A DNA stretch of 15,966 bases from Candidatus Micrarchaeia archaeon. GTDB taxonomy: Archaea > Micrarchaeota > Micrarchaeia > CAILAH01. The stretch lies in NCBI GenBank assembly GCA_038740245.1, contig JAVYLZ010000013.1:1-15966 (forward strand). The letters run 5' to 3'. The translations under genes were made by a program, and so were the position numbers. Positions 7,985 to 15,950 of this stretch are shown here, piece by piece; position 1 is the first letter of the stretch, and each line of letters opens with the position of its first letter. Under the pieces are notes generated by a model, which was not told where the DNA came from, searched no databases, and was given only the letters and a program-made list of their open reading frames with translations.

Positions 7985-8046
7985 GCAGTGTTTGGCACCT
8001 TATACATTCATATACTTTTTGGGGCTAGTTATAGCGGGCGTGCCAA

Positions 8047-9369
8047 ATGCCGAAACTGAAACAGCTTGCCGGGCTTAAAAATGAGTATATGCAGTGCCTT
8101 CGTGAGAAGGGTGCTGAGGCCATTATCCCGCACTTTGAAAACGGCCTTCGCATATACAATGAATACCTGAAGACGCTGCAGGCGCTTCAAGAGAGCCAGG
8201 CCCAGCTCAACCGGCTCAGCGAGCAGTTCAACAAGACGCGCGACAAATCGCTGATTGAGCAGTCCAAGGAGACAAAGGCAAGGATTACGGCAATGCAGGC
8301 CAAGGTGGATGCGCTTGCCGCCGAGATACAGAAAATAGAGGTTGTCCTTCCAAACTGGATCGCCGAGGGTGTGCCCCGTGCAAAGGGCGATGAGAATGAA
8401 TTGCCCCTGAAATATTCCGGTATCCCAAAGGTCTGGAAAAATCACGAAGCCGAGTTCCTTGAGCTTTACCCGGATGCCAAATATTCAGTGCAGGAAGACG
8501 AGCCGTTCCACCATTACGATCTGGTCGGCAACCTCGTTGACCAGGAGAGGGCCGGCGAAATTGCGCAGTCACGGTTCTACTACCAGTTTGACGAGCTTGT
8601 GCCGCTTGACCTTGCAATCGGCCTTTATGCGCTTGAGTTCTTCAGGAAAAAAGGGTATGCGGACAGGATGATGATACCGCCGTTCATAATGCGGCGCGAT
8701 GTTGAGGAGCGCATAACGTATTTTGAGGCGTTCCAGGACACAATATTTGAGATTGAGAGGGACGGCCTGCTGCTCACACCGTCGTCAGAGCACAGCATAA
8801 TAGCGTATTATGCAAACACCATATTTGAGCCGGAGCAGCTGCCGCTGCGTGTGGCTGCATGGTCCCCGTGCTTCAGGAGGGAGGCCGGCGCGCACGGCAA
8901 GGATACGCGAGGGATATTCAGGGTAAAGCAATTCCAGAAAGTAGAGCTCCATTCTTTCCTGAAGGAGGGGGAGGACTTCGCTGAAATTGACAGGATTACA
9001 CAAGATGTGCAGGAATTTATGGATACGCTGGGGCTGCCGAACAGGTCAGTGGTTGTGCCAAGCGGCGAGATGGACAAGCGCGCGCTCAAGCAGGTTGACG
9101 TGCAGGTATGGATGCCTGGGCAGGGCAGGTTCAGGGAAACGCATTCCATTGCGACGCTGGGCACGTGGGTCTCTGAAAAAATGCTGCTCAGGTACAGGAA
9201 AGGCACTGAAAAGGAGCTTGTGCGCAACGTGTATGCTACTGGGATTGCGGTGCAGCGAATAATCTGCGCCATCGCAGAAAACCACTATTCCCCCGAAGGC
9301 AATTCAATACGCGTGCCAAAGCCGCTGCAAAAATACCTTGACTTCTCAGAGATACCGCTTAAGAAATAG
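8047..9369 (+). CDS. serS: Seryl-tRNA synthetase (bacterial/standard type), divergent
   Basis: N-terminal coiled coil ending LPNW..EGVP, SRFYY, motif 2 SPCFRREAGAHGKDTRGIFRVKQFQKVE, VWMPGQGRFRETHS, motif 3 TGIAVQRIICAIAENH, C-terminal IRVPKPLQKYL. Confidence 0.88.
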   Translation: MPKLKQLAGLKNEYMQCLREKGAEAIIPHFENGLRIYNEYLKTLQALQESQAQLNRLSEQFNKTRDKSLIEQSKETKARITAMQAKVDALAAEIQKIEVVLPNWIAEGVPRAKGDENELPLKYSGIPKVWKNHEAEFLELYPDAKYSVQEDEPFHHYDLVGNLVDQERAGEIAQSRFYYQFDELVPLDLAIGLYALEFFRKKGYADRMMIPPFIMRRDVEERITYFEAFQDTIFEIERDGLLLTPSSEHSIIAYYANTIFEPEQLPLRVAAWSPCFRREAGAHGKDTRGIFRVKQFQKVELHSFLKEGEDFAEIDRITQDVQEFMDTLGLPNRSVVVPSGEMDKRALKQVDVQVWMPGQGRFRETHSIATLGTWVSEKMLLRYRKGTEKELVRNVYATGIAVQRIICAIAENHYSPEGNSIRVPKPLQKYLDFSEIPLKK

Positions 9370-9392
9370 TCTGAGGATGCGGCTGCCGCCGA

Positions 9393-10787
9393 TTAATAAA
9401 TCACTTTGTAGGCGCGGACGGGCTGCTCTTTCCCCTTCACGCACGCATTCACGGGCCTGGAAAATGAGAACTTTGTAAGAGGGTTTCTCTTGCGGAGCTT
9501 AAGGCCGAGCGCTTTTGCGTCAAGGACTTTTGCGCTTTTCTTGAAGGTCTCCCTGTCAACGTAAATCTCGCCCGCCTGTGCAAGGCTGTTAAGGCGGGCA
9601 GCCATGTTAACTGCATCGCCTACCGGCGCATACTTTGTGAATTTTGAAGACCCTATGTTGCCTACTATTGCATTGCCCGTAGCAATGCCTATGCCAATGG
9701 GCGCGGTCAGGCCGTGCTTCTCGTAAAGCTCCTTGTTGAATGTTGCCAGGGCCTTTTGTATGTCTATTGCTGCTGCAACCGCACGGTCAACTGCTGCGGG
9801 CTGCCTGAACGGCGCATTGAACATGAACATCGCGGAATCGCCAGCATAGTCGCATATCGTGCCCTCATACTGGAATATTATGTCGTTTATGATGTCAAAC
9901 TGCCTGTTGAGTATCTCGCGCGCCATAAAGTCAGGGGTAACCCTGCTTGCCAGCAGGGACGTAAAGCCGCGTATATCTGTAAACCCTACTGTAACCTTCC
10001 TCCACTCAAACGGCAGCTCATGCCCCTCATCGTGCCTGGATATCCTGTCTATGACTGCGGGGGAGAAGTAGCGCGAGTATGCCTCCATCTTAGTTGTAAG
10101 CTGGTGCTCTTGCAGGTCAACCTCGCGCTCAGTTGCGGCAACAGTCCCGGCTGCGGCAAGCATGCCGCTTTTGGCAGCGAACGCAATCGCTATCCGGTGC
10201 ACAATGCCCCTGCCTATAACGGCGCCGGTCATGCCCATTACACGCGCATCCTGCAATATGTCTGCACGGACATCGCGTATAAGATCGTACGCCAAATATG
10301 CAAGCATTGCGGTCATTGCAGAATCAAACAAGGCCATTTTTATTGATGAGCTTGCCTTGCGGCGGTTGGCTTCTGTAGGTACTTGCAAGTAGGCATTAAC
10401 GTCCTGCTTTGCCTGCACCCACGAAGGGATGGAGGTCCACGAGAAAACCCATTTCGCAAGCCGTTTTGCGGCCTCGGCCACCCATTTCAACGGATGCGCT
10501 GCAACCAGCTGGACTGCTCTCAGTGCGGCGATATGCTTGCGCACATTATTCCAAAAATTGCTGATTATCCTTGGGACCGCCCCCCAAATCACATTACGCT
10601 CTAAAATGCGCTTGTAAGGGCCACATTCCTCCGCCCACATCGCCCTGACTGCATCATCAGCGGAGCACAGTGCCCCTATTAGCGAAAAAACCTTGGCTGC
10701 CCCCTCACTATCCCCCTGCGCAAGGCATACATCAAGTTCTGATTTGAGCTGCCTGTACTCCTCTATGTGCCTGTTGGCCTCAGCCAT
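9393..10787 (-). CDS. Class III nucleotidyl (adenylate/guanylate) cyclase with an unrecognised N-terminal region
   Basis: Transducer element YSRYFSPAVIDRI, VTVGFTDIRGFT, YAGDSAMFMFNAP, IGIGIATGNAIVGNIGS, GDAVNMAARL, VKGKEQPVRAY. Both metal-binding Asp and the N..R pair are present. Confidence 0.92.
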   Translation of the reverse strand: MAEANRHIEEYRQLKSELDVCLAQGDSEGAAKVFSLIGALCSADDAVRAMWAEECGPYKRILERNVIWGAVPRIISNFWNNVRKHIAALRAVQLVAAHPLKWVAEAAKRLAKWVFSWTSIPSWVQAKQDVNAYLQVPTEANRRKASSSIKMALFDSAMTAMLAYLAYDLIRDVRADILQDARVMGMTGAVIGRGIVHRIAIAFAAKSGMLAAAGTVAATEREVDLQEHQLTTKMEAYSRYFSPAVIDRISRHDEGHELPFEWRKVTVGFTDIRGFTSLLASRVTPDFMAREILNRQFDIINDIIFQYEGTICDYAGDSAMFMFNAPFRQPAAVDRAVAAAIDIQKALATFNKELYEKHGLTAPIGIGIATGNAIVGNIGSSKFTKYAPVGDAVNMAARLNSLAQAGEIYVDRETFKKSAKVLDAKALGLKLRKRNPLTKFSFSRPVNACVKGKEQPVRAYKVIY

Positions 10788-10810
10788 ACGGTGATTAGCA
10801 ACCTATGTTA

Positions 10811-10818
10811 TATATAAA
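10811..10818 (-). promoter_or_regulatory. TATA box (TTTATATA) for the cyclase gene
   Basis: Consensus archaeal TATA 23 nt upstream of ATG 10787. Confidence 0.6.
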
Positions 10819-10836
10819 TGTTATGTAAGGGCCAAT

Positions 10837-11475
10837 TCAGAGGTAATCAGGGTTAAATGGCGCGGCCGGCGCGGGCTCGGCCTGCTTGCCTGCGCGCATC
10901 GCGCTTATTGCCCGGTCCCGGCACTCCTTTTCAGAGGGAGTGAGGTTATCCTGCTCTATAATCAGGATTCCCTTCCCGGAAGCGTTGTCAAACTCAACCT
11001 TTATCCCGTTCCTGGCATAAAACTGCATCACCTGCTCAAGCCGGCGGGGGCACGCTGCACGTGCCTCCCAGTCATACCCCACATCATCGGGATATACCTC
11101 TTCAACTATGAATGCAAACTTATGCCTGCGCAACTCCCGAAGCATTGTCTTAATCAGGAAAATGCCTGTGCTGTGGCATATGTATTCAGGCCGTATGTCA
11201 AAATTCGGGTTTATGGGTGAATGATACCTGCAATCCTTGGACTTAACAAGCGTTATCATAAGCTGTATCTTCTCAAGGCCCACATCCCATATCTCAATCC
11301 TCAGCATCTGCTTTACATTACTTGGCGTGAGCTTGCTCGCGTACGAGAACTCCTTGACGTTAAGGATGTACTTCCTGCCGTGGTGCCGTATTATCCTCGG
11401 GTAGCCTTTTGCCGGCTGTGCCTCAAAGTGTGCAGCATATTCCTCGGTTGTCAGCGGCTCACTGCAATTTGCCAT
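10837..11475 (-). CDS. Hypothetical protein with a possible degenerate GNAT acetyltransferase fold
   Basis: FDIRPEYICHSTGIFLIKTML resembles GNAT motif A (V.PEYRG.GIG..LL) and VMQFYARNGI resembles motif B (FY.+.GF). The Gly-rich CoA loop is degenerate. Confidence 0.6.
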   Translation of the reverse strand: MANCSEPLTTEEYAAHFEAQPAKGYPRIIRHHGRKYILNVKEFSYASKLTPSNVKQMLRIEIWDVGLEKIQLMITLVKSKDCRYHSPINPNFDIRPEYICHSTGIFLIKTMLRELRRHKFAFIVEEVYPDDVGYDWEARAACPRRLEQVMQFYARNGIKVEFDNASGKGILIIEQDNLTPSEKECRDRAISAMRAGKQAEPAPAAPFNPDYL

Positions 11476-11500
11476 CAGCTCATTTTACAGCGCAATTTAA

Positions 11501-13492
11501 TTAAAGCAGTTGGTCTGCGGGCACAAAATCAGCGGCATACCCTTGGATATCTTCGGGAGGCCTGCGTTTCGGCGGTCTTTTGGCTGCCGTATGGGCGCCG
11601 CCGCTTGAGTAGACCCCTTTGGGCAGCTCCTGTATAAACTGCGATACCTCGCGCGAAGTTACGCCTCCCCATTCACCGCCGCCAAGCGGCACCGTAATGT
11701 CCAGCGTATCCATGGCACGCGAGCACGCAACATAAAACAGCCGGCGCTCCTCTTCAAGCTGCGCATCGCCCGCAAGCGAATGCCGGGAAGGGAATTTGCC
11801 CTGTGCCGCACCTATTAGGATAACGTGTAGCCACTCAAGCCCTTTTGCCTGGTGTATTGTTGAGAGGACAATGCTGCCCTCCGGCTGTGCGCCGGCAAGG
11901 TTTGCATCAAGCATTGAGTCCTCAAGAAACTCATCAAGTGAGGAGTAGCCGGAGATTACTTCAATGAGCTGCTCAACATCCTCCTTGCGCTCGCTTGCGT
12001 CATCCTTAAACGATTTCTCCAGATACCTTAAGTAAAACTCATCCGCAAATATGCGCACGCGCTGTGCCGGCTCCTGCACTGAAGCCGCCTTTTCAATGAG
12101 CCCTGACAGCAATGCAACCCGCGGCTCGCGCTGGCCCAGGTCCACTATGGCCCGCGCAGGCGACTGCGATTGTGCAACCTTAGACCATATGGCACGCGCG
12201 GTCTTCTCGCCTATCCGGTCAAACAGCGACAGGAGGCGCACCCACGCAATCTCATCGGTCATATCCCCAGAGATTTTAAGGAACGCAATTATGTCCTTTA
12301 TGTGCGCCTGCTCAAAAAACCTCAGCCCGCCGTACTTTACATACCTTATTGAATGGCGTGCAAGCTCAAGCTCAAGGTGTGCAGAAAGATAATTTGAGCG
12401 GTAGAGCACTGCTATGGATTCGGGCGCAGCCCCGCGCGCCAAATATGAGCGCACCAGTGATACCGCCCGCTCCGCCTCGTCACGCGGGCCGTCGCACACG
12501 TGCACTGACGGCGGCTCTCCTGAAATGCCGGCACGTGCAGGCACAAGCTTCTTGTCATACCTGTTCTTATTTGCCTTTATTGCCTCATTGACAAAGCGGA
12601 CTATGCTTGCAGTGCTCCTGTAATTCTCAGTTAAATAGAACACTTTAACACCGGGGAACACTGCGCCGAACCTGAGTATGTTCATAACCTCAGCCGCACG
12701 GAATGAGTATATGCTCTGGCAGTCATCCCCGACCACAAACAGCACATTGCCTTCCCTGTACATCTTGCGCACAATCTCAAGCTGCAGCCGGTTGGTATCC
12801 TGGAACTCATCAACAAATATGTGCGTATACCGCCTGCAGAATGCTTCCCTGAAACCTGCATCATCAAGCAACGCATTGAAATACACCAGCAGGTCATCAA
12901 AATCAACAATGTTTGAGGCACGCTTGCGTGCGCTATACCTCTCGTAAACCTGGCCTATTATGCGCGAGTGCCTTGCATAGCCGGTCATATGCACCCTGAA
13001 ATAGTCCTGAATGCTCGTCAGGGAATTCCTGCAGTACGAAAAAATTGAGTGCAGCACCTCCGGCTTTGGCAGGTCGTCCATATGCTTTGCAAACTCTTCC
13101 CTGAGTACCACCTTCATGAGGCGCACCGCATCCTCCTCATCAATTATTGAGTAGTTTTGCCTGAGAGAAAACTTGGCCGCGTGCTGCCTCAAAAACTTGT
13201 TTGCCACATGGTGGAATGTCCCGCCCAATACCGCAGTTTCCCTGCCTACAAGCGCATTTACGCGTGATATCATCTCGCGTGCCGCCTTATTCGTGAATGT
13301 GAGCAGAAGCATGGACGATTCAGGGACACCGCTGCCGAGCACGTGCGCAACCTTATGGGTGAGGACTCTTGTTTTTCCCGAGCCGGGCCCGGCAATAATG
13401 AGTGAGATTTTTGCGTCAGAATAAACTATCTGGCGCTGGACTTCACTAAGCCCATCATGCTGTTGGCCTGCCCCGCTCATTGTTTTACCCAT
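11501..13492 (-). CDS. SF1 ATP-dependent DNA helicase, UvrD/PcrA/Rep family
   Basis: IAGPGSGKTRVL, LTFTNKAAREM, GTFH, VDFDDLL, VDEFQDTN, VVGDDCQSIYSFRAA, LTENYRST, AVLYRSN, LSTIHQAKGLEW, EEERRLFYVACSRA. Confidence 0.95.
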   Translation of the reverse strand: MGKTMSGAGQQHDGLSEVQRQIVYSDAKISLIIAGPGSGKTRVLTHKVAHVLGSGVPESSMLLLTFTNKAAREMISRVNALVGRETAVLGGTFHHVANKFLRQHAAKFSLRQNYSIIDEEDAVRLMKVVLREEFAKHMDDLPKPEVLHSIFSYCRNSLTSIQDYFRVHMTGYARHSRIIGQVYERYSARKRASNIVDFDDLLVYFNALLDDAGFREAFCRRYTHIFVDEFQDTNRLQLEIVRKMYREGNVLFVVGDDCQSIYSFRAAEVMNILRFGAVFPGVKVFYLTENYRSTASIVRFVNEAIKANKNRYDKKLVPARAGISGEPPSVHVCDGPRDEAERAVSLVRSYLARGAAPESIAVLYRSNYLSAHLELELARHSIRYVKYGGLRFFEQAHIKDIIAFLKISGDMTDEIAWVRLLSLFDRIGEKTARAIWSKVAQSQSPARAIVDLGQREPRVALLSGLIEKAASVQEPAQRVRIFADEFYLRYLEKSFKDDASERKEDVEQLIEVISGYSSLDEFLEDSMLDANLAGAQPEGSIVLSTIHQAKGLEWLHVILIGAAQGKFPSRHSLAGDAQLEEERRLFYVACSRAMDTLDITVPLGGGEWGGVTSREVSQFIQELPKGVYSSGGAHTAAKRPPKRRPPEDIQGYAADFVPADQLL

Positions 13493-13556
13493 TCTAAAGC
13501 GATATGCTAGTTATCGCATTGTTAGGCTTAATAGTTTTCCTGAGAATGCTTCCGGT

Positions 13557-14048
13557 ATGGATGATGTGCAGCTGCTTTGCCTGGTTGCAATCATTGCAGC
13601 CGTGCTGTCCGCACGCGCTATGAATTACCGCATATTAAGAACGCTTACATTTCCGCTTGTGCTGTTTGCGCTGGCAGGTATACCCGACTGCCTGGCAACC
13701 GTGCATTTTGCGCTGCAAAACCCAGGGCTGGAGGGCAACCCGCTCGTAAGGCCCTTTCTTTCTGCTGGGTGGCTGATGGCTGCAGGCGTGTTCATATGGG
13801 TGCTTGGGTGGCTCAGTGCTGCCGAGCTTGCATGGCAACGGGGCCTGCAAACTGTGTCCACGGCCATTCCCTTGGCGCTGTTCGCGGGCCATGCGTGGGG
13901 GTTTAGCACATGGCTGCACAGAATCAGCCCTGAAATGCTTGCAGAAACTGCCGCGGTGACTGTGGCTGCTGTAATCGCGCTTTATTATTTATGCGTAAAA
14001 GTATCTTGGAGAGGTGTATTAATTGAAAAAAAGGCTGAGCAACAGTGA
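13557..14048 (+). CDS. Integral membrane protein, DUF5658-like
   Basis: Several hydrophobic segments and a D..AT...L...GLEGNPL pattern reminiscent of the DxxxT...E[A/G]NP family. Confidence 0.6.
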   Translation: MDDVQLLCLVAIIAAVLSARAMNYRILRTLTFPLVLFALAGIPDCLATVHFALQNPGLEGNPLVRPFLSAGWLMAAGVFIWVLGWLSAAELAWQRGLQTVSTAIPLALFAGHAWGFSTWLHRISPEMLAETAAVTVAAVIALYYLCVKVSWRGVLIEKKAEQQ

Positions 14049-14487
14049 AGTTAAGGAGCTTGCGCAAGTGCTTGGCGAAACGGGCATAAGCAAAAAGGAC
14101 ATTGTTGAGAGCGGGATTGTTCAGGGGGTGGAGGTGCTGTTTGTAAACGGCTCTCCGAGCTACTTCAAAGCGGATGGGAAATGGCTGCCGACGCTCAGGA
14201 GGGTTTATGCGGGGCCGCAGCATATAATCACAAAATCTGTAACCGTTGATGTTGGTGCAATAAAATTCATAAGCAACGGCGCGGACGTGATGCGGCCGGG
14301 CATAACAGCGTTTGATGAGGGCATTGAAAAGAACGACTTCCTGCTTGTAAAGGAGATTACGCACGGCAAAGTGCTGGCCATAGGAAAGGCACTTGCTAGC
14401 GGAACAGAGCTAAAATCTGCCAGCAAGGGCAAAGTCATAAGCAATGTGCACTATGTTGGCGACTGGCTCTGGAACCTACAGCCGTGA
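14023..14487 (+). CDS. Pre-PUA/PUA-domain RNA-binding protein (archaeal MCT-1/Tma20-like, DUF1947)
   Basis: WLPTLR, VTVDVGAIKFISNGADVMRPGI, HGKVLAIGKAL, KGKVISNVHYVGDWLW. TTG start with a GAGGTG RBS, overlapping the upstream gene by 26 nt. Confidence 0.9.
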   Translation: MKKRLSNSEVKELAQVLGETGISKKDIVESGIVQGVEVLFVNGSPSYFKADGKWLPTLRRVYAGPQHIITKSVTVDVGAIKFISNGADVMRPGITAFDEGIEKNDFLLVKEITHGKVLAIGKALASGTELKSASKGKVISNVHYVGDWLWNLQP

Positions 14488-14877
14488 GTGCGAAACCATT
14501 GCGCACGCATTTGATATGACTTCTATGCCCTCCCCAGCACACATTCCCTCTGCCTTTTCATTGTATGCGCCCGGCTGCATCCAAAAAACCTTAACGTTCC
14601 CGTATTTTTGCTTGAGCGCAACTGTCTCGCGGGCCACTTCATATGCGCGGTCGCCCCTCACAAAAACATCAACCATATCTATTTTTGAGGCAAGTTCTTC
14701 TGGCAGGGCACTCAACGATGGATAACACTTCTCTCCATTAACCTCGGAATAATTTGGGTTTATAGGGATTACACGAAAGCCACTTGATTGGAAATGCCGC
14801 ATCACCTTGTTTGAGTCGCGCTCCTCCTTGGGCGATGCACCAACCAGTGCGATTGTGCGTATCTCTTTCCAGTCCAT
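14476..14877 (-). CDS. CoA-binding protein (YccU-like)
   Basis: TIALVGASPKEERDSNKV, GFRVIPINP, GEKCYPSL, IDMVDVF, VFWMQPG, VISNAC. Confidence 0.92.
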   Translation of the reverse strand: MDWKEIRTIALVGASPKEERDSNKVMRHFQSSGFRVIPINPNYSEVNGEKCYPSLSALPEELASKIDMVDVFVRGDRAYEVARETVALKQKYGNVKVFWMQPGAYNEKAEGMCAGEGIEVISNACAMVSHSRL

Positions 14878-14901
14878 GCCGCTTCACTTTGGCGCACAAT
14901 G

Positions 14902-14907
14902 TTTAAA
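14902..14907. promoter_or_regulatory. Palindromic TTTAAA, a likely bidirectional TATA box
   Basis: Centred exactly (midpoint 14904.5) between the divergent ATGs at 14877 and 14932, with 24 nt on each side. Confidence 0.55.
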
Positions 14908-14931
14908 TTTTAGGCGGGCATAAGTTAGCCG

Positions 14932-15384
14932 ATGAGGTTTCCATCCCCTGAAAGCGATGTGTTTCTTGCACCAATGGAAGGCGTCAACGACTTGGCATTC
15001 CGCCTATTGTGCAGGAGGAAAGGGGCGGGCATCGCATTCACGCAGATGGTCTCTGTGAACGCGCTCGCGCGCAGGAACAAGGCATCAATCCGGCGTGTTG
15101 ACACGTGCGATGAGGAGCGGCCGTTCAGGGCGGTGCAGCTGTTTGGCCAGCTCCCGCGGCTGTTTGCCAACGCGGCACAGTTCTGTGAGGATAAAGCGGA
15201 CATAATTGACCTTAATTTTGGGTGCCCTTACCCCAACATAATGCAGCAAGGGGCAGGCAGTGCACTGCTCGCACGGCCCAAGCGCATAGGTGAAATCGTA
15301 AGGGCGGTGTGCTCCGCCGTTGATTTGCCGGTGACCTGCAAGCTTAGGATAGGCCTAACTAAAAATAAGATAAACATCCTTGAT
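14932..15384 (+). CDS. dus: tRNA-dihydrouridine synthase (Dus), N-terminal half only, truncated at an apparent chimeric junction
   Basis: LAPMEGVND..FR, AVQLFG, IDLNFGCP (catalytic Cys), GAGSALL, PVTCKLRIG. The expected downstream H.R and NGD motifs are absent because the sequence switches to a GTPase. Confidence 0.88.
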
Positions 15385-15792
15385 ACACCAGGGGATGCAA
15401 ATTTTATTGCAGATGGTAAGAACTGTTTAAGAGCTGTAGAAAGTTCCATTTTAGTTGCAGATTCAGCAGATGGCGTAAGAGTACAAGGAGAAAAAATTGC
15501 AAGGCTTTCTAAAGAATTAGGATTAACTGTAGTGGGATTTGTTAATAAAATGGATAGAGAAAGAGCTAACTTTGAAAAAGCACTCCAAGATATAAGTATT
15601 GCAGTAGGTATTCCGACTGCTCCTATATATATTCCTATTGGTCAAGAAAGCTCTTTCAAAGGATTAATTGATTTATTAAGAAAAAAAGCATTATTTTTTG
15701 AAGATGATTTAAGTGGCAAATTTAAAGAAGGTGAAGTTCCAGATGAACTTTCAAAAGATGTAGAAAAATTCAGAGAAAAATTGATAGAAGCA
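15367..15792 (+). other. Internal fragment of a bacterial EF-G-like translational GTPase (G3 to G' region), foreign low-GC sequence
   Basis: KINILDTPGDANF (G3), FVNKMDRERANF (G4), PIGQESSFKGLIDLL, VPDEL...FREKLIEA. No G1 P-loop. GC is 41/60 at 15121-15180 against 13/60 at 15661-15720. Confidence 0.85.
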
Positions 15793-15950
15793 CAAATGAA
15801 ATACAACGCTGCTGTTGAAAAGAAGAATAAGATGTTACAACAATTTAAAGCTCTTCACGGAGATGAAGTTATAGCAGAGGAAGCAAGTTTAGGAAAATAA
15901 GTTTAATAAATTTTATTTATATAATTATTTGGCTATATCATTAGGTCAAA

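Noticed and set aside
9393..13492. UvrD + GNAT-like + cyclase as a single anti-phage operon (Pycsar- or Gabija-like)
   Set aside because: The cyclase and GNAT-like genes each have their own TATA candidate, there is no adjacent cNMP-binding effector or OLD/TOPRIM nuclease, and the helicase looks like an ordinary PcrA/UvrD. Co-orientation alone is insufficient.
624..15449. Numerous alternative-frame and antisense ORFs (e.g. 1055-1609, 3958-4434, 4737-5180, 8808-9272, 9714-10346, 13924-14364)
   Set aside because: They are nested in or opposite motif-supported genes, have atypical composition, and show no recognisable motifs.
14932..15900. 322-aa ORF read as a genuine novel Dus-GTPase fusion protein
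   Set aside because: Both domains are incomplete, there is an abrupt GC and codon shift at the join, and a second breakpoint follows. A chimera is far more parsimonious until reads show otherwise.
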